This document shows, piece after piece, positions 31,168-40,744 of a stretch of 64,000 nt of DNA. The position numbers and the translations under genes are program-made. The stretch covers positions 1 to 64,000 of the forward strand of contig JBGFRI010000011.1 in the NCBI GenBank assembly GCA_041695225.1, given 5' to 3'. The number at the start of each line of letters is the position of its first letter. Position 1 is the stretch's first letter. Below the pieces are notes generated by a model that saw only the letters and a list, made by a program, of their open reading frames with translations, was not told the DNA's origin and did no database searches. Origin of the DNA: Deinococcota bacterium. Lineage in GTDB: Bacteria > Deinococcota > Deinococci > Deinococcales > Thermaceae.

Positions 31168-31407
31168 AATAAGCGAGTCTGTAGTTGTTACTTCCCATAT
31201 CGGTCTCGGGGAGTGGTTAATCAGGCAGAGAGGTTTTCGCTTCCAGGCTGTTCATCGTGCTGAAGATGGCGAGGAGAAGGTTCTGATGACCTGTTCCAGC
31301 TTTCTCGAGGCTCATGAGCAAGCGACTGCACTGGCTTCCGTTGCTCACAGCGAGGCTCTGGCCTGGGAGGATTTCTTAGACGATCTTCTGGAGGAAGAGT
31401 AGCCTGT

Positions 31408-32913
31408 GTGAAGCCCGAGACTAACCCCATCCTGACGGTCACTGAGGTGATCCCTGTCTACTGCCTGGACTGGCCTGCGCGTTACAGGCTCTGGGTCGGT
31501 AGAGGTGGGGTTTTTTTGGTTGCAGCCGGTGAGGCAGCTCTGGTACAGGCGCGGGCAGAGGTTGCCCGACGGTTGCCAATGATTAAGGTGCAGGAAACTA
31601 TGCACACCAGCAAAGAGGCTTTGCTGGTGCAGGCTGCATCAGGCCGGGAGCTTACCAACGCAGAAGTTGAACACATTCTCAAGGTATTGAGCGAGAAACC
31701 CGATCCGGTAAAGCCACGGCCTGAGCGCAGCGTCTCTTCCAGGCGCACGGCTGAGGTCCGCAGGGTACGCCTGGAAAATATTCCGGCCACTTTCTATGTG
31801 GGGCCAGCAGGTGTTCTGGTGGCTTCTGAGTTTTACCTTGTCGCCGATACTGAGGCTCGAAAGGTCTGGGAGAAATCTGGCGGCAGGCTCCCGGTGCTGC
31901 CAGCGGTAATCCGCAAGGAAGGGGCCGGTTCAGTACGTGTATTCAAAGATGAAGAGGAGTTGAAGGCTTATCTGCGAGGAGGCGAGAAGCTGGATAGCCA
32001 GGAAGTCCGGGCAGTGGCGGGGTGGTTAACTAACCAGTCCTTGCCCTTACCGGAGATTCAGGAGAAGGAGGGACGTTACCATCTACATGCGGACGAGGTT
32101 ATCGGAGCAAAAGAAGAGATACCTCAGGGACCTGTAGTGCAGAGATACGGCTTCGCAGTCACCTTTTACGTAGGACCCGCAGGTATTGTAATAGTTTCTG
32201 AAGCTGGCTTGATTGCGGATAGCGAGGCTCGCATGGTCTGGGAGATGTCAGGTCGCAAGCTCTCAGCGTTGCCAGCGGTAATCGGCAGTGCTGGCACAGG
32301 CTCGGTGCGCTCCTTCGCAGATAAGACAGCGGTTATAGCTTATCTGCGAGGGGCTGAGAAGCTAGATGAACGGGAGATCCGGGCGGTAGCCGGATGGTTG
32401 AAAAGGCGGGACTCGCCAGTACCGAAGATTCGGAAAAAGTGGAAACGTTTATGGCCACATGGAGCCCGAGTCACAAGCAGGGAACACCGGCCACGTCGAC
32501 GGTGGCGCTGGCCCGGCCTGAAGCGAGTGCTGTTCTACGGAGTTCTGACGCTGTTCAGTCTCGAGCTGGCTGGTGTACTGCTGGCGGCAGTGCTAACCAG
32601 TTTTTTTCTTCCGGCCCGGGCCTGGGATGACGGCTCAGACGTAATTGCAGTGTTTATTATGATTGCACCATTGTTGCTGCGCTTTGTCGCATTCCTGGGC
32701 TACAGCAAGAGAGATTTTTTACGATGGAGAGGCTTTGTTCTTTTAGGAGTGGGTGCATTGGAAGTCTATCTGGGCTGGACTATGCAAGACCAGTTGGGCT
32801 GGTTCCTCGCGCTGGTAGGGTCTGTGAGCATTGCCTGGTGGCTCCTGGGGCTTATGCCCGAACGTAAATCCCATTCCCTAACAGTTAGCAATACTTCCGG
32901 GATTTACCGGTAA
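31408..32913 (+). CDS. Membrane protein with internally repeated soluble domain
   Basis: Two clear TFYVGPAG...AYLRG.EKLD..E.RAVAGWL repeats plus four C-terminal TM segments. Confidence 0.7.
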   Translation: MKPETNPILTVTEVIPVYCLDWPARYRLWVGRGGVFLVAAGEAALVQARAEVARRLPMIKVQETMHTSKEALLVQAASGRELTNAEVEHILKVLSEKPDPVKPRPERSVSSRRTAEVRRVRLENIPATFYVGPAGVLVASEFYLVADTEARKVWEKSGGRLPVLPAVIRKEGAGSVRVFKDEEELKAYLRGGEKLDSQEVRAVAGWLTNQSLPLPEIQEKEGRYHLHADEVIGAKEEIPQGPVVQRYGFAVTFYVGPAGIVIVSEAGLIADSEARMVWEMSGRKLSALPAVIGSAGTGSVRSFADKTAVIAYLRGAEKLDEREIRAVAGWLKRRDSPVPKIRKKWKRLWPHGARVTSREHRPRRRWRWPGLKRVLFYGVLTLFSLELAGVLLAAVLTSFFLPARAWDDGSDVIAVFIMIAPLLLRFVAFLGYSKRDFLRWRGFVLLGVGALEVYLGWTMQDQLGWFLALVGSVSIAWWLLGLMPERKSHSLTVSNTSGIYR

Positions 32914-32930
32914 CACTGTATTGTCTTATA

Positions 32931-33806
32931 ATGCCTCTTATGAAGCGATCTATAGTGATTTCTTTACTGGCCCTGTGGTCTATCGTTTTTACGTCTGCCT
33001 CGGCTCAAAGCGTCCTCAGGACCTATTACGCCGATGACCTGGTAAGGATTCCGGGTCTGATCCAGCTCTCTCCGGGCTTTACCACAGTTCTGGACTTCTG
33101 GGATACGGTGAGAACCCTGGCCTCGGCTCGGTCGGAGCTGCTGCGGGTGGAGAGTGCAGGGCCGCGCATTCTGCTATCGGCTACTCAGCCAGCCGGGCGG
33201 ACCGATCTGGTGGTGGAGATAGGTGGCCGTACCTTGTTGTTCACCCTCGAGATCGGCCCAGGAGTGGGGCCCAGGCGGTATGTGATTGAGCTTACCCGTC
33301 CTCGTAGAGGTGAGGCGCTGCCCTCCCCTACTCATCTTCCTCCGGCCAGGGCCCCCGCTCAAGCCCCACGTCCCGTCCCAGCTCCGCCGACGGTGGACGC
33401 ACCGTTACCGAGACCGCAGGCTACAACCCCGGCGGCTGCTGAAGTGGTCCCCTTTAGTCCTGAGCAGGTCGGCTTCACCACTGCGGCTCAGGTGCCTGCA
33501 AGCGCGACGGGAAGGGTGACGATTTTTTTTACCCTGGAGAACCGGGGAGACCGTACTGTGGCAGCCGATCCTGGGAGGCTGGTGATCAGCCAGAGTGGCA
33601 ACCCGGTAACGCACATAATCAAGCGAGAGCCCCTGCGTAGTCTGATTAATCCCGGCGAGTCCCAGTCAGGTCTGATCACCCTGGACGATGTGAGAGCCGG
33701 AGAGATCAGTCTGCACTGGACCCTGGTGCAGATAGGAACGGGCAGGACGCTGGTCATTACGAGGTCGGTAATGGCGGGAACGCGGTTTGAGCTCGAGGGG
33801 CGGTAG
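32931..33806 (+). CDS. Secreted conjugation protein (VirB9/TraK-like architecture)
   Basis: Signal peptide, IQLSPGFTTVLDF, Pro-rich linker, beta-rich C-domain; T4SS context. Confidence 0.5.
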   Translation: MPLMKRSIVISLLALWSIVFTSASAQSVLRTYYADDLVRIPGLIQLSPGFTTVLDFWDTVRTLASARSELLRVESAGPRILLSATQPAGRTDLVVEIGGRTLLFTLEIGPGVGPRRYVIELTRPRRGEALPSPTHLPPARAPAQAPRPVPAPPTVDAPLPRPQATTPAAAEVVPFSPEQVGFTTAAQVPASATGRVTIFFTLENRGDRTVAADPGRLVISQSGNPVTHIIKREPLRSLINPGESQSGLITLDDVRAGEISLHWTLVQIGTGRTLVITRSVMAGTRFELEGR

Positions 33807-34397
33807 GTGGGTGGGGACGGGCTGAGTGAGAAGTACCAACGCCTCTTGCAGAATCTACAGAAACGTGGCCCCCTAACAGTAGAGGAACTGCTTGAGCGGC
33901 GTCTGGTAGCTCGCTCGACTTTTTTTTACCTGGTTAAGAGAGGCTATTTACAGGTGCTGGATACCCTTTTAGGTCAGGCAGTGGTGCCCGGTCCCAGGGG
34001 GCGGCTGATGTTGGGACTGACCCGGTTTTACCGGCCCAGGGCTACCGCAGCAGCGGACGGACTACTCCTGCGGCGGGCTGTCCGGCTGGCCGAGAAAGAA
34101 GGCTGGCGTTTTGTAAGCAAGAATCTGAGGAGCCGCATTGCAGAGCTGCGGAGGAACGGCACAAAGATGCTGGTTATTGCATCGCTAAGTGTCTACAGCG
34201 CCCGCAGTCTGCGAAACACCCTGGAAAACATGGGGTGGTATGAACGCAGAAAACTGGGGACAGCGGAAAGGGTGCGGGTCTATCACCGTTATCCCAGCCG
34301 GTTCCGGCGCATGGAAGAGGAGGGGGGTGGATTGCTGGAAGTGCGGTTGCTGGGTGAGATTCTTCCTTCGGGCAAGAAGGGAACCTCTTTCCCATAG
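33807..34397 (+). CDS. Hypothetical basic protein, possible winged helix
   Basis: GPLTVEELL...LVKRGYL; Arg-rich. Confidence 0.5.
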   Translation: MGGDGLSEKYQRLLQNLQKRGPLTVEELLERRLVARSTFFYLVKRGYLQVLDTLLGQAVVPGPRGRLMLGLTRFYRPRATAAADGLLLRRAVRLAEKEGWRFVSKNLRSRIAELRRNGTKMLVIASLSVYSARSLRNTLENMGWYERRKLGTAERVRVYHRYPSRFRRMEEEGGGLLEVRLLGEILPSGKKGTSFP

Positions 34398-34494
34398 CTC
34401 GGAGTGCGCTAACCTTAACCATGAGTTCCTTTCCGACGAGCGGCGCAGGCCGCGAATCCAGCCCCTTGTCGTATAAGGAAGCAGCTAGTCCTCA

Positions 34495-35181
34495 GTGCTC
34501 GAATACAAAAGGAGGAAGAAAATGCAAGTCATTGTGTTACCCGAAATCATCAGCTCTGATCAGCTCGACGCCTGGCTGAGCCGCGAGCTGGTCGTGGAGC
34601 TGAGCAAGGATGTTGTGGATGATCTCACTCCGCGTCCCCTGCGGCTGCCGCTCCTGGAGCAGGGCCGCCCCAGGGGATACCTGGACGGGTGGCTGAAAGG
34701 CATAGAGGAGTCTACGGGATTGCGCTTTCTGACAATCCAGGCTGAACTGGAAGGTCATAGCGTACATGCTTCGGTTACGTGGGACGCGGTGGTCCGGCAT
34801 TTTGATCTTGATGACACCTCCCACATCCTCTGGCGGGCAAGGGAGCTTGATCTGGAAGGCTGGGAGCGCTGGACTGCTGACCTGGCGAAGATTGAACTGG
34901 AGGGAAAAGCTGGAGTGCTGGGGGAGCGGGCAGACCCCAGGCAGCATATCTACCACCTGGAGCCAACCCCGGAGAATGCCTGGGCCCTCTGGCTGGCCGC
35001 CTCGCGATTCGGTAACCAGGTTGGTCTCAGTCTGGGAATGCGGCGGGAGGCCCTGCTTGAGGCGTTTCGCGTACTAAGAGAATGGTTTCCTGAGCTTCCT
35101 TTCACTCTGTTTGAACGCAGTCGGGAGATCGAGGCGTGGGGGAAGGAAAAGGTCAGGAAGTTGAGTAACGTGCGGGCGTAA
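34495..35181 (+). CDS. Hypothetical protein
   Basis: AGGAGG before MQVIV; 228-aa ORF. Confidence 0.6.
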   Translation: MLEYKRRKKMQVIVLPEIISSDQLDAWLSRELVVELSKDVVDDLTPRPLRLPLLEQGRPRGYLDGWLKGIEESTGLRFLTIQAELEGHSVHASVTWDAVVRHFDLDDTSHILWRARELDLEGWERWTADLAKIELEGKAGVLGERADPRQHIYHLEPTPENAWALWLAASRFGNQVGLSLGMRREALLEAFRVLREWFPELPFTLFERSREIEAWGKEKVRKLSNVRA

Positions 35182-35235
35182 TCCCTGTTCCTGTTCTGGT
35201 TCCAGGCGTAAACATTTGAAAGGGGACAAGGCCTA

Positions 35236-35826
35236 CTACCACCAGGGCGCAACCAACACGTACTTTGGGTCCAGCCCAAATCCGGCCAGCTTTTGCCGCA
35301 AGCTGGCCGCTTTCTTTTCGCTCGGGGCTCCCCAATACTGGCCGGTAAACCGGCGGGTGAAGGTTCTGACCTTGCGTTGCAAAAGGGTCAGGGTGTAACT
35401 GCCAGCATCGTACTCAATGGCAACCGGGCCTGTGTTCGAATACCAGCAGGCATCTGGAGTTTCCCGGAAGTGGATGCGGTCAGTATCAGTGCGCCACTGT
35501 TGCGGCTCGATTTTAAGCATGTGTCGCATCTGCCCCACTCCGGCAAGGTGGCGCAGCAGGTGGGGAGCAATCCGGGTAACCCACAAGTGTGGGGTGTAAA
35601 AGCATACCTCCAAACTCTGATTGGCGTGGTAGGTCAGGTTGAGTACGGCCCGCACTGTACGAAGACCCAGCAGCGCCTGTTCCTTTTCTGAGGGTACAAC
35701 CCGGTAGTGGCGCAATAACTGGCCCTCTGAGAGGGCCAGGTCACAGTGAAGGGCTGTCTGGACGTGCTCGAGGGCTTCTTTACGGGCGTGGCCTTGCAGG
35801 GGTGGGAGTCTCGCTGGGGATAACAA
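35236..35826 (-). CDS. Replic_Relax-like PD-(D/E)XK protein
   Basis: LRHLAG...PDA.W.....VAIEYDAGSY.....QRK pattern. Confidence 0.55.
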   Translation of the reverse strand: MLSPARLPPLQGHARKEALEHVQTALHCDLALSEGQLLRHYRVVPSEKEQALLGLRTVRAVLNLTYHANQSLEVCFYTPHLWVTRIAPHLLRHLAGVGQMRHMLKIEPQQWRTDTDRIHFRETPDACWYSNTGPVAIEYDAGSYTLTLLQRKVRTFTRRFTGQYWGAPSEKKAASLRQKLAGFGLDPKYVLVAPWW

Positions 35827-37531
35827 AAATCACTACCTCCGTTCCTCTTTCTGCCTGTGCAACCCGCACCATCGCTTTGTTGCCCTGCCGTAGAGCAAAC
35901 AGATCTGCCAGGGAACCGGCCATGAAAAGCCCAAGAGGAGGGGTCTGCGCGGCCTGGGCGACACCGCCTCCCGGTAGGATTGTTACCTGCCGGGCCTGTG
36001 AAGCAGCGGTAACGTAGTCGCTGACACCGCGCAGACTGCCCCGAATAAGGTCGGCGGCAATGGAAGGGGCTTCTTCACGGATCTGCGCCGTAACACCCAG
36101 GGTTCCGCTGTTGTCTAGCAGGGTAGCAGTGACGCTATACTCCCTGCCGCCCCTGATGACATGGGTCAGTCTCCCAGTAAGGCGGCGGGTCTCATCGAGA
36201 CTGACCTGGCCTATCCAGGTAGAGCCGTCTTCTGCATCAACTACAACCGGGCCGGGTGTGCCTTCGGCAATCAGTACGGTGACCCCGAGCCGTCCTCTGA
36301 GCCGGGTGCCAAGGGCATACGGGGCCGCTGGAGGTGCTGCAATAACCTGAGGCGTAGTAGGAGCTTGGGCTGGTAAGGCAGGTGGGAATACCGGGGTTTG
36401 AGCTGGTGGAAAGGGTGGGAAGACGGGCTGAGGGGATGGGGCTAGGGCAGTAGCAGGCGCTGGAGCAGCCCCTGTAGTCTGGGCCTGGCCTGGTGTTCCC
36501 CCTACGAGGAAAAAACTCTGTCCCTGAACATCCTGACCTTCTGCTTGACGAACGGTGAAGCTGGGTTGGGGCGCTGTTTGCAGGGTCAGCCCAGCCCTGG
36601 CTGTATCTCGCTGCGCCGGTGAGCCGCCAATTGGCTGGCCGGTTACCAGGGCTCCCACGTCCTCCGCAAGTGTGCGGGTAGCACCCTGGCCCGGTCCCGG
36701 TCCCGGGGTGGTAGGGGTTGGAGCAGCCGAGAGAGTCAGACGGGGGCTGTCCGCTGCGACTGGACTGGCGGTAGCCAGGGTGAGGGGTCGTGGAGCTTCG
36801 GCCTGGGCCGGCGCTTGAGGAGACTGGGCCTGGAGGGCCGGTGGCGGTGTGTGGGTAAAGAGAGTCATAGGAGGCAGCTGCGGTTGCGTTGTGGCTTCAC
36901 CAGGCGCACCCGGCGGGGGCGGCGGTGGTGTGGCGGTCGTGAACATGGGCGGGGGCGGCATTGCCATATTCTGGGCCTGGGCTTGAGGACCAGGCTGTGT
37001 TACAGCCGTTCCGGTGGGTGTCACCGGCTGGTTGGCCTGGTTGCCAGCGGTTATGTTCTGTTCAGAATTTGCTATATTGGTTTCATTACGGTTTGGCAGC
37101 TGCTGTCCAGCACCTTGTTGAGTTGCAGGACTTATCTGATTACCTGTAGCTGTTTGGAGAGTAACCGTCGCGGGAGTCATCATGGTAGAAAGCATGAGCC
37201 ACCCAGCAGCCCCTAGAGCTATCACCGTGAAACTGACCAGGATCTGCTTGGGACGGGATGGCACCCATTCCCCAGAGAGCTCGTCGTACCGGTCAAGCAG
37301 ACGGCGCTTCAGCCCACTCCACCACTCTCTGCGGCCTACTGCTTTTGCGCTTTCCTCCTCGGGAGTAGGCATCTCGTCGAAAAGGATGGCCGACTCCAGC
37401 TTCTCGGCAAGCGCTGGCTGGGTTCTGCGTAGCTCTAGCAGGAGTTCGTCAAAGGCTGGGTCGGCAGGGCTGGGAATAGACTTTTTGAGGACGGCCTCGA
37501 GTTCGCGTCGGGCTTGCGGATCAAGTCTCAT
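35780..37531 (-). CDS. VirB10/TrbI-like conjugation protein
   Basis: Single TM, long Pro/Gln/Ala stalk, GTRLRGRL beta-domain; start at MRLDPQ. Confidence 0.6.
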   Translation of the reverse strand: MRLDPQARRELEAVLKKSIPSPADPAFDELLLELRRTQPALAEKLESAILFDEMPTPEEESAKAVGRREWWSGLKRRLLDRYDELSGEWVPSRPKQILVSFTVIALGAAGWLMLSTMMTPATVTLQTATGNQISPATQQGAGQQLPNRNETNIANSEQNITAGNQANQPVTPTGTAVTQPGPQAQAQNMAMPPPPMFTTATPPPPPPGAPGEATTQPQLPPMTLFTHTPPPALQAQSPQAPAQAEAPRPLTLATASPVAADSPRLTLSAAPTPTTPGPGPGQGATRTLAEDVGALVTGQPIGGSPAQRDTARAGLTLQTAPQPSFTVRQAEGQDVQGQSFFLVGGTPGQAQTTGAAPAPATALAPSPQPVFPPFPPAQTPVFPPALPAQAPTTPQVIAAPPAAPYALGTRLRGRLGVTVLIAEGTPGPVVVDAEDGSTWIGQVSLDETRRLTGRLTHVIRGGREYSVTATLLDNSGTLGVTAQIREEAPSIAADLIRGSLRGVSDYVTAASQARQVTILPGGGVAQAAQTPPLGLFMAGSLADLFALRQGNKAMVRVAQAERGTEVVIFVIPSETPTPARPRP

Positions 37532-37582
37532 ATGGTAATATAGTATTGCACATATGTGCGTACAACACAGCAAGGAGATGTT

Positions 37583-37915
37583 ATGGTGAAAATGCGCAAT
37601 CTGGTACAGCGGTTTGCCCCTGAGCTGCGGGGTATGGCAGCAGGATTTGCGATGGTGCTGATGATGGGAGCTGCACATGCTCAGGCGGATGCGGCTTTTC
37701 AGCGCCTGACAACGGCGATGTGCAGCATCTACTCTGCACTGGCCGGGCCGTTTGGGGTGGCGGTGGTCATCCTGGTTTTTGCGGTGGGAGCTATTTCGCT
37801 CATGGTTGGTGGACGCAAAGCGGTTCCGATCATGATCGGAGCTGGCATTGGCGGGGTTGTCCTGGCTGCGGCGCCTTCGTTCGCCCGCATTTTCATTGAT
37901 ACCCAGGCCTGCTAA
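37583..37915 (+). CDS. VirB2/TrbC-type pilin
   Basis: Leader ending AHA, two hydrophobic helices, first gene of the operon. Confidence 0.75.
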   Translation: MVKMRNLVQRFAPELRGMAAGFAMVLMMGAAHAQADAAFQRLTTAMCSIYSALAGPFGVAVVILVFAVGAISLMVGGRKAVPIMIGAGIGGVVLAAAPSFARIFIDTQAC

Positions 37916-38226
37916 TGCGTCGCCGGGTTTATCGCCTTTACCAGCCCATCACGCTACTGGGGTTGGAGCTCTGGCATATTCCCGTGATTGGAATGGGGTT
38001 CAGTCTGGGATTGCGTCTGCTGGACCCCGTTCATCCAATTCTTGGCCTGCTGGGAGGGGCGGTAGTTGGCTGGGTTTTTTTGATGCTGGCTGAGAAGTTG
38101 CGGGAATCTTATCCGGGCGCTGCGCTGTTACACGAAGCAGTCTGGATGGGACAGAGCGATAACTACGTCCCGGGAAAGGATCGAGAGACTACCCCCTTGA
38201 GGTTCTATGGCCGAAGCCAGGAGTAG
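37915..38226 (+). CDS. VirB3-like membrane protein
   Basis: Small 2-TM protein (P..LLGLE) between pilin and VirB4. Confidence 0.65.
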   Translation: MRRRVYRLYQPITLLGLELWHIPVIGMGFSLGLRLLDPVHPILGLLGGAVVGWVFLMLAEKLRESYPGAALLHEAVWMGQSDNYVPGKDRETTPLRFYGRSQE

Positions 38227-40744
38227 CGCGGTTAGTTTTTTCACTAAGCCTCGGGAGCGTTCGCTAACCGAGGAGTTTACTTACTGGGAAGTACATGACG
38301 GAGTTATGTTTTTAGAGGATGGGCGGGCAGAGGTTGGCGTCGAGATCGTTATGAAACCAACCCTGTTGATTGAGCAGACTGAGCTCAATGGTCTGCTCTA
38401 TATGGTTCGCAGTGTCTTGCGTCATGGCATACCTCAGGGCAGCCGGGCTCGATTGATTGTCGAGGCAGCGCCTGCTCCCGAGGAATTGGTCGAAGCGTAT
38501 CAGGAATCATTCCAGCCCGAGCATCCCGCTGCATCTCTGATTCAGGCTGAGCGATATGCCTTCTGGAAACGGCTCTGGGCTGAGGGGCAGATCATGCGGC
38601 GGCGGGTCTTTTTGACAGTCTCCTTTGGTAGGAAACGTCCAGTTCGGCTTCCTTATGGGGAGAGCGAACTCAAAGCAGTCCTGCAAGAGGGGGCGAAAAT
38701 CCGCGAGCGCATCCAGATGATCGGTAAGGGCCGGGGGGTGGAGGTGCGGGAGATGGATACCCAGGAGGTATTTGGTCTTTGCTACCGGTATCTGAATCCA
38801 GGCGCACGGCAGAGCGGAGTTCCTCGTTACCGTTCCACCTGGCAGCGTTACCCGAGAGCCGCAGTGGAGAAAATACCAGGTCTTCGGCCTCCAACGCTGC
38901 GGACACACCTGGTTCGGAGCGAGGTGGGCAATTCCAGACGCGATGCCCTCTATGTAGGTGGGCGCTGGATTGGTATGACCAACCTCTACACTATCCCTGA
39001 CGAAACATTTACCGAGATGGGGGATGTCTTAGCCCGAGGGGATGGGGAATTCTACCTGGTAGTGGACTTTTATCACGAACCATATGAAAGAGCTCTCAAA
39101 GCCCTGAAGGGCCGGGCCCGTCGCTTTTACGCTGCTGCTGCCAACCCCGACACCTATGTAGACCCGAATATACGGGTAGGGCAGATTGAAACGGAAGGGG
39201 CCATCCAGCACATCTCGCAGACTGGCGATCATGTCTTCCGGGTGGGAGTAAGTCTGATCTTGATTGAAAAAAAGTGGGAGTCTCTGGAGCGCAGAATGAG
39301 CCAGGTCATGGGACGGCTTGCAGAAATCCCGGGCAACCCCTTCCGGCAGCTGCGTAACGGAGTTTTCGAGCCCTGGAAGACCCGGGCTCCCTTCTGCGGA
39401 GGAGTAAATGATGAGGTGGTCAGTCTGCTGGAGTACAACGCCGCTGATTTTCTTCCGCTCTCGGGAGGGTGGAAGGGCCATGAGAGTCCGGTAGTGCTAT
39501 TTCAGAATCGGTTTTCAGAACTGATTAAGTTTGATCCGTTTACCCCAACCACCGCGAACTGGAATGGCATTGTGGCAGGCGGCTCGGGTTCAGGGAAGAC
39601 GTTTTTTGTGCAGTATGTACTTTCAGATCTACTTAAACGCAACGACGTGGAGATCGTAATCCTGGATAGAGGCCGCAACTACGAGGCCCTGGTGGAGGCG
39701 TTTGACGGGGCTTTTATTGATATTCGGCCCGGTGGGGCCAGCTCGGTCAACATGTTCGATCTGGAGGAGGGACAGGCTGAGCCTACTCCAGAGAAGCTCC
39801 AGGATGTGTTACGTTTCTTGCGGGCCATCCTGCCCCCTGGGGATGACAGGACTGAGGAGGCAGTTGAAAACGCCATTTTGGAGGCGGCCATTGAGCAGAC
39901 TTACAGGCGCACCAGCCCTGACCTGCCCCAGTCGGAGGGTGGTTACAAGAAGGTCTACCAGGGTGCCAGGCTTTCTGATCTGGTACAAACCCTGGTCCTG
40001 GTCGACGAGATTGGGAGCCGGCCAGCTTCCGCGACGGAGAAACAAATGGCTCGCAGCCTGGCTCTGCGACTCCAGTCCTGGGTAGGAGACAGTCCCAAGG
40101 GGCTCTTTCTCGACCGAGAAACAAACATTCCCATCGTACAGGCGCGGGTGGTCTGCTATGAACTGGATGGTTTGAAGGATGACCTGGAAGTAATCGGCAC
40201 ACTCCTCATTGCCGATCTGGTCTGGAAACGGGCTAAAAAGCAGCAGGGTAAGCGGGTGCTGGTGGTCCTGGATGAGGCCTGGAAAGTGTTCCAGTCTCCA
40301 TATGCCAGCAGGCTGATTGAAGAGCTGTATAGGCGATTCCGTTTCCTCGGCGGAGGTATCTGGAGCATTACTCAGAGTCTGGTTGACCTATCCAGAGGCC
40401 CCAGGGCGCTACTGGGAAACACCAGCTTCTTCTTTTTGCTGCGGCTGGCCCACAAAGAGGATGAGGTTGAGGTGATGGCCCGGACAATCGGGATGCCTGA
40501 TCGGGCTATTGCAGTACACGAGCGGCTGACCCAGGTCAAAGGCGTCTACTCAGAGGTGCTGGCCTGGGTCAATACCGTTGGCAGCAAGGAGGGAGAGGTG
40601 CTGGCGGTAATGCCTACGCCAATTGATTACTGGATGTTTACCTCTACTAAAGATGAAGTAAACCAGCGCCGAGAAGCTATCCAACGGTTTGGCGGCGACG
40701 TGATCAGGGCACTGCGCCATCTAGCTTACCGAGGTGAGCAATGA
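38207..40744 (+). CDS. VirB4-family conjugative ATPase
   Basis: 845 aa; AGGSGSGKT Walker A, ILDRGRNY, VLDEAW, SITQS. Confidence 0.92.
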   Translation: MAEARSSAVSFFTKPRERSLTEEFTYWEVHDGVMFLEDGRAEVGVEIVMKPTLLIEQTELNGLLYMVRSVLRHGIPQGSRARLIVEAAPAPEELVEAYQESFQPEHPAASLIQAERYAFWKRLWAEGQIMRRRVFLTVSFGRKRPVRLPYGESELKAVLQEGAKIRERIQMIGKGRGVEVREMDTQEVFGLCYRYLNPGARQSGVPRYRSTWQRYPRAAVEKIPGLRPPTLRTHLVRSEVGNSRRDALYVGGRWIGMTNLYTIPDETFTEMGDVLARGDGEFYLVVDFYHEPYERALKALKGRARRFYAAAANPDTYVDPNIRVGQIETEGAIQHISQTGDHVFRVGVSLILIEKKWESLERRMSQVMGRLAEIPGNPFRQLRNGVFEPWKTRAPFCGGVNDEVVSLLEYNAADFLPLSGGWKGHESPVVLFQNRFSELIKFDPFTPTTANWNGIVAGGSGSGKTFFVQYVLSDLLKRNDVEIVILDRGRNYEALVEAFDGAFIDIRPGGASSVNMFDLEEGQAEPTPEKLQDVLRFLRAILPPGDDRTEEAVENAILEAAIEQTYRRTSPDLPQSEGGYKKVYQGARLSDLVQTLVLVDEIGSRPASATEKQMARSLALRLQSWVGDSPKGLFLDRETNIPIVQARVVCYELDGLKDDLEVIGTLLIADLVWKRAKKQQGKRVLVVLDEAWKVFQSPYASRLIEELYRRFRFLGGGIWSITQSLVDLSRGPRALLGNTSFFFLLRLAHKEDEVEVMARTIGMPDRAIAVHERLTQVKGVYSEVLAWVNTVGSKEGEVLAVMPTPIDYWMFTSTKDEVNQRREAIQRFGGDVIRALRHLAYRGEQ

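Noticed and set aside
37532..37678. His/Cys-rich N-terminus of the 632-aa ORF
   Set aside because: Antisense to the pilin gene and promoter; real start is likely 37531
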